Below, one piece after another: positions 30,550 through 38,237 of a DNA stretch of 61,720 nt. Position 1 is the first letter of the stretch. Each line of letters starts with the position of its first letter. This DNA is from a virus (taxonomy: Duplodnaviria > Caudoviricetes). The stretch is taken from positions 1 to 61,720 of the IMG/VR virus record IMGVR_UViG_3300035438_000178. One strand, 5' to 3'. The translations under genes and the position numbers were made by a program. The notes below the pieces were generated by a model. The model was not told the DNA's origin. It was given only the letters and a program-made list of their open reading frames with translations, and searched no databases.

Positions 30550-30774
30550 ATGAGTAAGATTAAAAACAAATCTACAAAGAGTAATTACTCACCTCGTAAA
30601 ACTCCAAGTTTTACTAGTATCTACCAAGAGAATATCTATGTCTCTTATGCCTTCAAGAAGATTAAGGCTAGGTTTAACTCTAAGTGTTATGCTACCGGTA
30701 CTTTGATTCCTGTTGGAGCAGAGATGTGGTATGATTATGCTAACAAAACTTGTTTTGCTATGGACTCTATTTGA
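30550..30774 (+). CDS. Early hypothetical protein
   Basis: 74 aa; IKARFNSKCYATG.LIPVG; first gene after P1. Confidence 0.6.
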   Translation: MSKIKNKSTKSNYSPRKTPSFTSIYQENIYVSYAFKKIKARFNSKCYATGTLIPVGAEMWYDYANKTCFAMDSI

Positions 30775-30826
30775 GTTCATAGCACTGAGTAAGAAAAAAA
30801 AAAAAAAAAATTAAAAACTATTAGTT

Positions 30827-31027
30827 ATGAAAACTATTTCTCAAGCAACTTACAATTCAATCTACAATAAGTACCTAAAGTTAGTTAACTACTACGATGA
30901 GTTACTTTGGAATGATGGTTACGATGATGATGGTGAAACTACTGAGGATTGGAGTTATATCATTAGTATGACTAATGAGTTCAATGAGAGGTATCATCTG
31001 ATGATGAAAGGTGTAAAGGTTAACTGA
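30827..31027 (+). CDS. Early hypothetical acidic/aromatic protein
   Basis: 66 aa; TTAGTTATG start context; its TGA stop lies inside the ribozyme core. Confidence 0.65.
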   Translation: MKTISQATYNSIYNKYLKLVNYYDELLWNDGYDDDGETTEDWSYIISMTNEFNERYHLMMKGVKVN

Positions 31028-31073
31028 TGAGGCTTTAATAGCCGAAACATATCCTAAGGGATATGTCTTAACC
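31018..31073 (+). ncRNA. Hammerhead ribozyme (type I topology)
   Basis: GGTTAA | CTGATGA | GGCT-TTAAT-AGCC | GAAA | CATATCC-TAAG-GGATATG | TC | TTAACC; all core nucleotides and three stems present; cleavage predicted after C31067. Confidence 0.93.
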
Positions 31074-31086
31074 AAAATGTTTAGTT

Positions 31087-31233
31087 ATGCATAAAGTAAT
31101 GTGTTTCATCCTGATGTTAGCAGGTACATTCCTGTTCGCTGAGTGTCTACGTCGTGGATTCGTAGGCTTTGGGCTGATAGGTGCTATGTCTGCTGTAGCC
31201 GGATTGTACTCCTACATTCAGGAGGGAAAATAA
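31087..31233 (+). CDS. Small two-TM membrane protein (not in ORF track)
   Basis: MHKVMCFILMLAGTFLFAECLRRGFVGFGLIGAMSAVAGLYSYIQEGK*; TTAGTTATG start context. Confidence 0.65.
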   Translation: MHKVMCFILMLAGTFLFAECLRRGFVGFGLIGAMSAVAGLYSYIQEGK

Positions 31234-31289
31234 ATTTATACTACGAAGTAGTATATACGGCAAGAACTAAAATTTTTTTTGCCAAACAC

Positions 31290-31321
31290 TTGACAAAGGG
31301 GTTTCGATTGTTATACCTTTG
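31290..31321 (+). promoter_or_regulatory. Early promoter P2 (TTGACA..TACCTTTG)
   Basis: Shares CCAAACACTTGACAA and TGTTATACCTTTGCA with P3. Confidence 0.85.
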
Positions 31322-31381
31322 CAGAGCCAACGGCGAAAGGGTCACGCCGAATGTTTGACCCGAATGTACAAAAATTGTGTT

Positions 31382-32761
31382 ATGAAAAATGTTTTCGATT
31401 ACGAGGGTCAACAACACCCTATGTCTGAGTGTGTAGTGCTACACGAAATGAGTGACTACGGCGGTGAATATATTCACCGAGATGTGGCTGTAGCCTTCCG
31501 TCTTGATGGGGAAACGCAATACTTTACTCCGGAGGAGGCTGTCTACGACATCTACGACACCCCTGTGATGCTGAGTGACGCGGTGCTCTTAGACAGGGGC
31601 AACCACGGAGGCGAGTGGTGCGCTATGAACGAGGCTGTCCTCACTGAGGATGCCGGATGGGTTCACGTTTCCGATACTTACTACGTAAGTTTGAGCGACG
31701 GAAACACCTACTTCTATATGTGGAACTTACGAAATGTTACCGAAGGTACTGTCGCCGAAGGGTGGTACAGCGAGGACGATTGTGTCTACGTAGAGGATGC
31801 AGATGCCTACTACCACGTAGATGATGAGGGTGTGTGGTACACCTTCGATGAGCAAAATTCCGAGTATGTTTTAATCCAAAATGATAACCAAAACCCCAAT
31901 GTTATGAGCACAATGTCTACACCTACCCGCGGCATCAACACCGGCATCCGTGTCGAGGACTACCACCAAGGCCGGATGGGTTCACCTGTCCGTGAGTGGA
32001 AAGCGGGCGAGGCAAAGTTTACCATCGGCTTCGAGGTTGAAAAAGAGGACACCACACCTACGAATGTGTGGAGCGTGATTGACACCCGTGTCTACGGATG
32101 GGTTCGAGAGCGCGACGGCTCACTGAACCATATGACCGGATACGAATTGGTCTCACCTACCTACGACCTGTTCGGGTCTGAGCTCGACACCGACCTTGCA
32201 AGCGAGTGCATCACCGAGCACGTCAACGGCGCCTACAGCGAGCGCTGCGGGGGGCACATCAACTTCGGCATCAAGGGTCTGACCGGATTGCAGGTCTACG
32301 AACAGATGAAGGGCTTCACACCCCTGTTGCTGTCCCTTTACAAGGGACGTTTGCTGAATCGCTACTGCAAAATTCGTCCGGACTACAAGGACGGCAGCAA
32401 GATGGGCGCTGTGCACGTCAAGCCGGGCTTCATCGAGTACCGAGTGCCGAGTGCCGTCAAGAGCACTGAAAATTTGCTGTGGCGCCGCGATTTGCTCCGC
32501 ATTGCCGCCGAGCACGCCGGAAAGGGTGCGGCCTACTTCACCCGGGCTGCGATGACCAAATCACACCCGCTGCACAAGCACTTGCGTAAGGTCTACGACG
32601 AGCGCACAATCGCACTGCGAGTGGGCTTTGCACTGTCGCTTGCCGAGCGTATGGAGGGCAAAAAATTCTCCAACTACGTTACCTTCACCGAGGTAACCGA
32701 CATCATCGACGTCCACGCCGCGGATGTTGAGCGCCACCTACAACAGGCTGCACACCTGTAA
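31382..32761 (+). CDS. Putative amidoligase (COOH-NH2 ligase-like), copy 1, with acidic/aromatic repeat N-domain
   Basis: FTIGFEVEKE, RERDGSL, GYELVSP, CGGHINF, IEYRV motifs; start taken at ATG 31382 downstream of P2. Confidence 0.75.
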   Translation: MKNVFDYEGQQHPMSECVVLHEMSDYGGEYIHRDVAVAFRLDGETQYFTPEEAVYDIYDTPVMLSDAVLLDRGNHGGEWCAMNEAVLTEDAGWVHVSDTYYVSLSDGNTYFYMWNLRNVTEGTVAEGWYSEDDCVYVEDADAYYHVDDEGVWYTFDEQNSEYVLIQNDNQNPNVMSTMSTPTRGINTGIRVEDYHQGRMGSPVREWKAGEAKFTIGFEVEKEDTTPTNVWSVIDTRVYGWVRERDGSLNHMTGYELVSPTYDLFGSELDTDLASECITEHVNGAYSERCGGHINFGIKGLTGLQVYEQMKGFTPLLLSLYKGRLLNRYCKIRPDYKDGSKMGAVHVKPGFIEYRVPSAVKSTENLLWRRDLLRIAAEHAGKGAAYFTRAAMTKSHPLHKHLRKVYDERTIALRVGFALSLAERMEGKKFSNYVTFTEVTDIIDVHAADVERHLQQAAHL

Positions 32762-32917
32762 GGTACACGTAGGCAAGGGGGTGTGTGTAGATATACACAC
32801 CCCTACACCTACACACGTAGACATACATATCTACACATATATGCACGTCTACATACGTAGACATACACACATACACACCTACACCTACACATAAACCCAC
32901 AAACACCTACACCTATG
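32760..32917 (+). repeat. RYCTAC/GTAGRY-(AC)n low-complexity array with GGGGTGTG/CACACCCC hairpin
   Basis: Intergenic; repeated ACACCTAC, GTAGAC, ATCTAC; ends ACACCTACACCTATG. Confidence 0.85.
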
Positions 32918-33511
32918 GCTAACATTTGCAACAACTTCGTAACGATTTCCGGCAAGCCTGAGAATATCCGAGCTGCCTACAATTTTCTCCTCGACTACAC
33001 ACCCGACCACGGCGTGATGTACGACCGACTGCGCGACCTACACCTACGTAAGGGCTACACCCTGACCCCTGAGGACAACGGCGCCGCCTCACCTGTGTGG
33101 TGGGAGTACAACGTAGAGTACACAATCGTCGACCTTGACAACAAGGTAGATGTAATTTCTGTCGTCGGTGGTTCAAAGGGAATGCCGCCTGTGGATTTCC
33201 TACGCCTACTGAGCGAGCACTTTCACGTAGATGTGAGCGCTAAGTACGAGGACTACGCCGGATTCATCGGCGGATACTTCAAGGCTGTCAACGGTGACCC
33301 TATTGTCGACGATTTCCTGAGCCTACTTGAGTACCTGTGGCGCTACGATGACGAGCGCATTGCCTTCTACGATGAACTGCATTCGCTTTGTAAGTGGAAC
33401 GACCACGGCTTCGAGGATGTTAAACGACTGCATCTGAGTGAGTTTAAAACACCACTGACCGATGATGAATTGAGAATCATTGGAAAGTATTTCGAGGATG
33501 ATGCCTCGTAG
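32915..33511 (+). CDS. YubB/Api92 ferredoxin-like (DUF1281-like) protein
   Basis: 198 aa; MANICNNFVTISG N-terminus, PP..F...LSEHF...AKYED..GFIG. Confidence 0.6.
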   Translation: MANICNNFVTISGKPENIRAAYNFLLDYTPDHGVMYDRLRDLHLRKGYTLTPEDNGAASPVWWEYNVEYTIVDLDNKVDVISVVGGSKGMPPVDFLRLLSEHFHVDVSAKYEDYAGFIGGYFKAVNGDPIVDDFLSLLEYLWRYDDERIAFYDELHSLCKWNDHGFEDVKRLHLSEFKTPLTDDELRIIGKYFEDDAS

Positions 33512-33640
33512 GTACACACCTACACCTACGTACATACACGTAGGCACGCACACCTACACCTACGTACACATACATACGTAGGTACACACACCTACCTACA
33601 CACACATATACCTACACCTACAAACACCTACACACCTATG
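33508..33640 (+). repeat. Array of GTAGGY-(AC)n-ACCTAC units
   Basis: Three GTAGG(T/C)..ACCTAC inverted units plus further ACCTAC copies, ending ACACCTATG. Confidence 0.85.
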
Positions 33641-33802
33641 AGAAACTTACCACACTACCTTGCTTCGACCTTCACCGGATTGTCTACGTTCGCTTTTGTT
33701 TTCGCTGTGCTACACAATGAGTACACACTTGCGATTGTATCTACACCGCTTGCGATTGTATCCACACTTACACTTGCTAGCCTCGATTGGAAAAAATCAT
33801 AA
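33638..33802 (+). CDS. Small two-TM membrane protein (not in ORF track)
   Basis: MRNLPHYLASTFTGLSTFAFVFAVLHNEYTLAIVSTPLAIVSTLTLASLDWKKS*. Confidence 0.6.
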   Translation: MRNLPHYLASTFTGLSTFAFVFAVLHNEYTLAIVSTPLAIVSTLTLASLDWKKS

Positions 33803-33846
33803 CGTAGTTATGTATAGCAACAACAAAAAAATACTTCACCAAACAC

Positions 33847-33878
33847 TTGACAAGGGCATACCGAATGTTATACCTTTG
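33847..33878 (+). promoter_or_regulatory. Early promoter P3 (TTGACA..TACCTTTG)
   Basis: Near copy of P2; followed by CATCGTC as in P1. Confidence 0.85.
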
Positions 33879-33985
33879 CATCGTCAAACGACAAATGTTC
33901 AACCTAATACCTGATGCTTATGTAATGTGACCTGTTCAACAAATGCTTTAATAAAAATGTATAACTTATTTAAATTCAATAGCCT

Positions 33986-34882
33986 ATGTGTATAGCAATT
34001 CTTAACAAGGGAAACGCGGTTTCCAAAAAACATCTGAAAAATTCTTGGGACTCCAACTTCAACGGCGCGGGTCTTATGTGGGTACAAGGTGGTGCACTGC
34101 ACACCTACAAGAAAGCCAACAAGCACAAATCAACTGACTTCACCGAGTTCTACGACACCTACCTACAAGCGTATGACAATCGTGACGAGAACACACCTGT
34201 GGGTATTCACTTCCGCATTGCAACGCACGGCAAGACCGACGAGTTCCTTCACCCATTCAAGGTAGGTGAGAACATCGGCCTTATGCACAACGGCATCCTA
34301 AGCGGGCTAGGTACTGAGGCGTACAGCGACACGGCTAAACTTGCCGACCTGTTGTCCGGACTGCCGGAGGTTATGCTCCAAAATGTCGACGAGTTATTAT
34401 CCAATAACTTCATCTACACGGCGCTTGCATCTATGTGTGGTACAGGTAATAAACTAATCTTTATCGACAACACCGGTGACTACGAGATTGTCAACGAGAA
34501 AGCCGGACATTGGGCTGACGATAATTGGTACTCCAACGACTCCTACAAGAACAGCGGTGTGCGCTACTACGGAGACAAGGCTGTCTACGATTGGGGAAAG
34601 GGATGGGGAAAAGCGTGGGAAAAGCCTTACACTGCATCTACACCTACGTTAGGGGCATCTGTAGGTAAGCCCTTGCCTGCATTGCCTAAGGCATCTGTGC
34701 CCTTTGTTGATGCGGATGTTGATGAGAGCATCATCGATGATACGGATACCAAATCATTGGGTACTTTTTGGTGTAGCAAATGTTACAGCACTGAGTACGT
34801 TACCGATGCCTGTGAGTGCGACCGATGCGGAACCTACAACTACCGGGCTGAGACCGCTGTGTGTGGGTTACTGTACTCGTAA
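33986..34882 (+). CDS. Class II (Ntn) glutamine amidotransferase with C-terminal Cys-rich (Zn-ribbon-like) tail
   Basis: MC N-terminal nucleophile, HFRIATHG, HPF, LMHNG, SDT, WYSN; C-terminal CSKC..CECDRC. Confidence 0.85.
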   Translation: MCIAILNKGNAVSKKHLKNSWDSNFNGAGLMWVQGGALHTYKKANKHKSTDFTEFYDTYLQAYDNRDENTPVGIHFRIATHGKTDEFLHPFKVGENIGLMHNGILSGLGTEAYSDTAKLADLLSGLPEVMLQNVDELLSNNFIYTALASMCGTGNKLIFIDNTGDYEIVNEKAGHWADDNWYSNDSYKNSGVRYYGDKAVYDWGKGWGKAWEKPYTASTPTLGASVGKPLPALPKASVPFVDADVDESIIDDTDTKSLGTFWCSKCYSTEYVTDACECDRCGTYNYRAETAVCGLLYS

Positions 34883-34935
34883 TGTTCAACCTATTGTTTA
34901 ATCGAATTGTCTAACTATTTAATCCTTAATGTATT

Positions 34936-36576
34936 ATGATTCACAATGTTAACTTCCTAGCTCCCAACTTCGGCCTCCCGGAGGACTTGTTCAACTACTA
35001 TACAGATGAGTGCCTTCGGCCTTACCTACGTAACCTTAACACACGTTATCAAGCATCTAGCAATGGTACTTATGTTCCGTTACTGCCGCCTATTCATACG
35101 GCAAAAAATTTCTCAGTAAATAGTGATATGAGGTCTCAGTACCAACGTACAGGTGGTACTCTATACAAGCAAGCAGATATGACGGCTGATGCCTATGCGT
35201 ATGGCTCAAATGTGCGAGCTTCATTTAAGGGACAATCATCGCCTTTGCATTCTTCTATGTGGTGTTGGAGCGTATATGACTTGATGATTCCGTGGACTAA
35301 ATTCATAAGCCACTTCAATAATCTTGGTGAGTCAGTTATTTTTACAGCGGGCAGAGAAGACAATCGCATATACCTACCTATCGCCTCAAAGTTCCCGCAA
35401 TTTGATAGTAGGCATTGCATTGCAAGCCCTAGTGTATCTGAGGGTGTTGAGCGACTGAATGGGTGGGGATACATCTACAAAAATCTTAATGCTCCTCGTG
35501 GTGTATTGAGTATGTTTAACGAGCAATACCTACGTGACATTGGAGGGTTCGATGAGGCAACAGCTGAGGATATTCTTTCTATGGCGAATGCTACTGCCTT
35601 CTTCGTAGAGAATAATTCTATATCCTGTTGCCTTTCCTCATCTATGCCTGAGGAATACATTGATGACAGCGAGGATGTGTTCGATATGGACAGCCCTGAT
35701 ATGCAAGCACGTCTAGGTATACCACAAGCGGAAGAAACGCCTCCTGTTCTTGAAGTGCGTTCCTACAAGGGATTCAATCGGGTTCACAAGGCAAGCAAGA
35801 AGGCTAAGTTCACTATCGGATTCGAGGTGGAGAAAGAAGATTCATCTGTCCGCCGTTCTGTTGATGCCGACCTGTTGTACAACACTACACGGTGGGCTAA
35901 GGAGCGCGATGGTTCGCTGAGTAGTTACTCCGGTTACGAATTGGTCTCACCTACGTATGACCTGTACACCAATGACTTGGACAACGACCTGAAGAACAGC
36001 GAGGACTTACGTAACCACATAGATGCACAATACAACACAGGCTCTTGCGGTGGGCACATACATCTAGGCGCCACAGGTGTGACGGGTAAACGATTGTTCC
36101 AAATGATGGGGCCGTGGATTCCGCTTATCTACTCACTGTATGTGGGGCGTATCAACGGACGGCACTGCAAGGTGAAGAAGAATGAGAATATCATTCGTGA
36201 CGATGAGAAATACCAATCGGTTCGCATCTTTGACAATCGCGTCGAGTTACGTATTATAAGCGCTGTGCCTGATGTAGACACGCTGTTGTGGCGCCGCGAT
36301 TTGCTTCGTCTTATTTGTGACAACTTGAGTGCTACTCCGTTCACTATCCTTGCGATGATGCACGACAAGCGTTCGAAACTACACAAGCACTTGCGTAAGC
36401 AATACAGCGCTACCAACTTGGAGAAGAAAATCCAATTGTATGTGTACTTCGCTAACCAATTGTTGAGTTCCGACTACACACGATTGGAGAAACGCATTCC
36501 TGAGTGGGAGCGTATGTTCACATCTGAGCAGCGTTCACACCTCCGTGCTCACGGTTTCTCTAACTATGTATCTTAG
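34936..36576 (+). CDS. Putative amidoligase (COOH-NH2 ligase-like), copy 2
   Basis: FTIGFEVEKE, KERDGSL, GYELVSPTYDL, CGGHIHL, VELRI; paralogue of 31382..32761 with a different N-domain. Confidence 0.75.
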   Translation: MIHNVNFLAPNFGLPEDLFNYYTDECLRPYLRNLNTRYQASSNGTYVPLLPPIHTAKNFSVNSDMRSQYQRTGGTLYKQADMTADAYAYGSNVRASFKGQSSPLHSSMWCWSVYDLMIPWTKFISHFNNLGESVIFTAGREDNRIYLPIASKFPQFDSRHCIASPSVSEGVERLNGWGYIYKNLNAPRGVLSMFNEQYLRDIGGFDEATAEDILSMANATAFFVENNSISCCLSSSMPEEYIDDSEDVFDMDSPDMQARLGIPQAEETPPVLEVRSYKGFNRVHKASKKAKFTIGFEVEKEDSSVRRSVDADLLYNTTRWAKERDGSLSSYSGYELVSPTYDLYTNDLDNDLKNSEDLRNHIDAQYNTGSCGGHIHLGATGVTGKRLFQMMGPWIPLIYSLYVGRINGRHCKVKKNENIIRDDEKYQSVRIFDNRVELRIISAVPDVDTLLWRRDLLRLICDNLSATPFTILAMMHDKRSKLHKHLRKQYSATNLEKKIQLYVYFANQLLSSDYTRLEKRIPEWERMFTSEQRSHLRAHGFSNYVS

Positions 36577-36627
36577 TGGTGGGGGTGTGTTCACCCCTAC
36601 CTCTACATACATAACACACCTACACCT

Positions 36628-36807
36628 ATGACACTACCGGAAGATGCGGCTAAGAACTATGCCGCTTGGGTAATGGAGCAACACAATCCTGAATACGAAA
36701 TCGAGATGCTGTTCCTCCGCTTATCGGACAGACAACAGGTATATGCCTATGCCGATATGCTTGAGAGTACGAACACAATCGACGACGAACTATTCGAGGA
36801 TGATTGA
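36628..36807 (+). CDS. Small acidic protein (not in ORF track)
   Basis: MTLPEDAAKNYAAWVMEQHNPEYEIEMLFLRLSDRQQVYAYADMLESTNTIDDELFEDD*; preceded by ACACCTACACCTATG. Confidence 0.65.
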   Translation: MTLPEDAAKNYAAWVMEQHNPEYEIEMLFLRLSDRQQVYAYADMLESTNTIDDELFEDD

Positions 36808-36842
36808 ATTAAAACTTTAACTAACTAATACAACTTACTGAT

Positions 36843-37085
36843 ATGCAAGAAATTAAACGCACTTACCGATTCTCTAAAGATTACATTCACGCTAAGACAC
36901 AATCCCTTAGTACCGTTAGCTGTGACGTCGAGGTGGACTACGATACAAAAGCCTACTTCATCGACCACGGTGCAGCGCACATTGCAGGTGGTTCCGGACA
37001 CGACTACAACCTACCTAAGATGATTGCAACGGCTGAGATGCACATTGAGGTACTAGCATTCTTACGCGATGAGTTTTCTAAATAA
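36843..37085 (+). CDS. Hypothetical protein
   Basis: 80 aa with AT-rich leader. Confidence 0.6.
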   Translation: MQEIKRTYRFSKDYIHAKTQSLSTVSCDVEVDYDTKAYFIDHGAAHIAGGSGHDYNLPKMIATAEMHIEVLAFLRDEFSK

Positions 37086-37196
37086 GATTCTCATCTACCT
37101 ATGCCTGATACCTACACGTACTGTCCGGGTATCTAGGACTACATACCTACACATATATAGAAACGGACGGACAAAAACTAAATTCAATACAACACT

Positions 37197-37661
37197 ATGA
37201 ACAGAAAATTCTACAAATTCCTCTACGCTCTCAAGCGTGCAATGTTTGCAACACTGAAATTTATTTCACGACCTAAGAAGATTGGTGACAAGCCTTTCAC
37301 GATGCGCTTCTACAAGGACGAGGGCTATTGGTTCGCTGACGTACCACAATGGAAAGGACCTAAGGCTAACCTGATGATGGTTGCCGGAGCTGATATTTTC
37401 CTTGATAAACTTGGAGAAGAACAGAAACGTCGCTTCTTTCGACGTGCCGATGACGTGACGCTCACTATATCTACGAGCACTAAGTATATGCCTAAGAGCT
37501 ACCGCACACTCAAGATGATTGAGAAATGCGAGTTCGATGGTGCGTACTATAAGTACGGATTCAAGGGTAATGAGATTTGTTGGCTGTGCGATGTCACCGC
37601 TTGGGTAATCGGATACTTCCCTAAAGAAATCTATTATTCATTCGATGAGGCAGTTATGTAA
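37197..37661 (+). CDS. DUF6717-like protein
   Basis: FYKDEGYWFADVPQW.GPKANLMMVAGADIFLD and WLCDVT..V.GYFPKEIY. Confidence 0.6.
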   Translation: MNRKFYKFLYALKRAMFATLKFISRPKKIGDKPFTMRFYKDEGYWFADVPQWKGPKANLMMVAGADIFLDKLGEEQKRRFFRRADDVTLTISTSTKYMPKSYRTLKMIEKCEFDGAYYKYGFKGNEICWLCDVTAWVIGYFPKEIYYSFDEAVM

Positions 37662-37686
37662 CCTCACTTAAAGTTTTTATTTAGTA

Positions 37687-37717
37687 TTGACTTTATCAAT
37701 TATTTCTTGTAACTTCG
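37687..37717 (+). promoter_or_regulatory. Promoter P4 (TTGACT..TAACTTCG)
   Basis: Near-consensus Bacteroidota promoter, intergenic. Confidence 0.65.
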
Positions 37718-37830
37718 CATAGTGCAAGCAGCAGCTGAAAGGGGGGCGCTCACACGCCTCCCCCAAAGCAGCACAATACAAAGGTGGTCTTGGGCATATA
37801 GTATTTAATTCAATTCAAAAAATGTGTTAA

Positions 37831-37977
37831 ATGAATGATTCAATTAAAGCACTGTTAGAGTTTAAGAATCAACAGATTGAGGCACTTCAACGTGAGTTAG
37901 AACGCGTCAACAACTTAAACTTATTGTTTAATCAAAATGTAAAACGTGAACAGAATGAGACAGATGATTGTAAGTAA
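37831..37977 (+). CDS. Small coiled-coil protein (not in ORF track)
   Basis: MNDSIKALLEFKNQQIEALQRELERVNNLNLLFNQNVKREQNETDDCK*. Confidence 0.5.
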   Translation: MNDSIKALLEFKNQQIEALQRELERVNNLNLLFNQNVKREQNETDDCK

Positions 37978-38236
37978 AATTGTTCAAGATGCCTACGTAG
38001 AGTTACGTGAATCGTGGGACAGGTACATACCTAGTGATGTACAGGTACACCTAATGGACTACGAGGTAGGTGTGCGCCGGATGGAATACATCATCGAGAA
38101 TGGTATACGTAGAGGTATGGTAGGCGATGCGCTGTTGTTCTCTACACGTAGGTATACGTTAGCGCTGTTGGATGATTTCTCATACATCTACGATAAGTAT
38201 AATCTCGTATTGCATCGAGTTAACATTACACATTGA
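37946..38236 (+). CDS. Hypothetical protein
   Basis: 96 aa ORF within the operon. Confidence 0.5.
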   Translation: MNRMRQMIVSKIVQDAYVELRESWDRYIPSDVQVHLMDYEVGVRRMEYIIENGIRRGMVGDALLFSTRRYTLALLDDFSYIYDKYNLVLHRVNITH

Positions 38237-38237
38237 T

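Noticed and set aside
29600-30569. ORFs 29600..29899 and 30297..30569
   Set aside because: Implausible composition; they overlap promoter-rich non-coding DNA
31331-31381. Pistol ribozyme or preQ1/SAM-II riboswitch call for the leader pseudoknot
   Set aside because: Lacks the pistol AAA linker and P2 stem and the riboswitch consensus nucleotides; kept only as an unnamed pseudoknot
32760-33640. CRISPR or mini-array interpretation of the ACACCTAC repeats
   Set aside because: No constant 25-45 bp repeat with unique spacers, only degenerate hexamers; no cas genes
32703-33914. ORFs 32703..32906, 33323..33553, 33660..33914 and 31143..31358
   Set aside because: Translations of repeat arrays or alternative frames; better short ORFs start at 31087 and 33638
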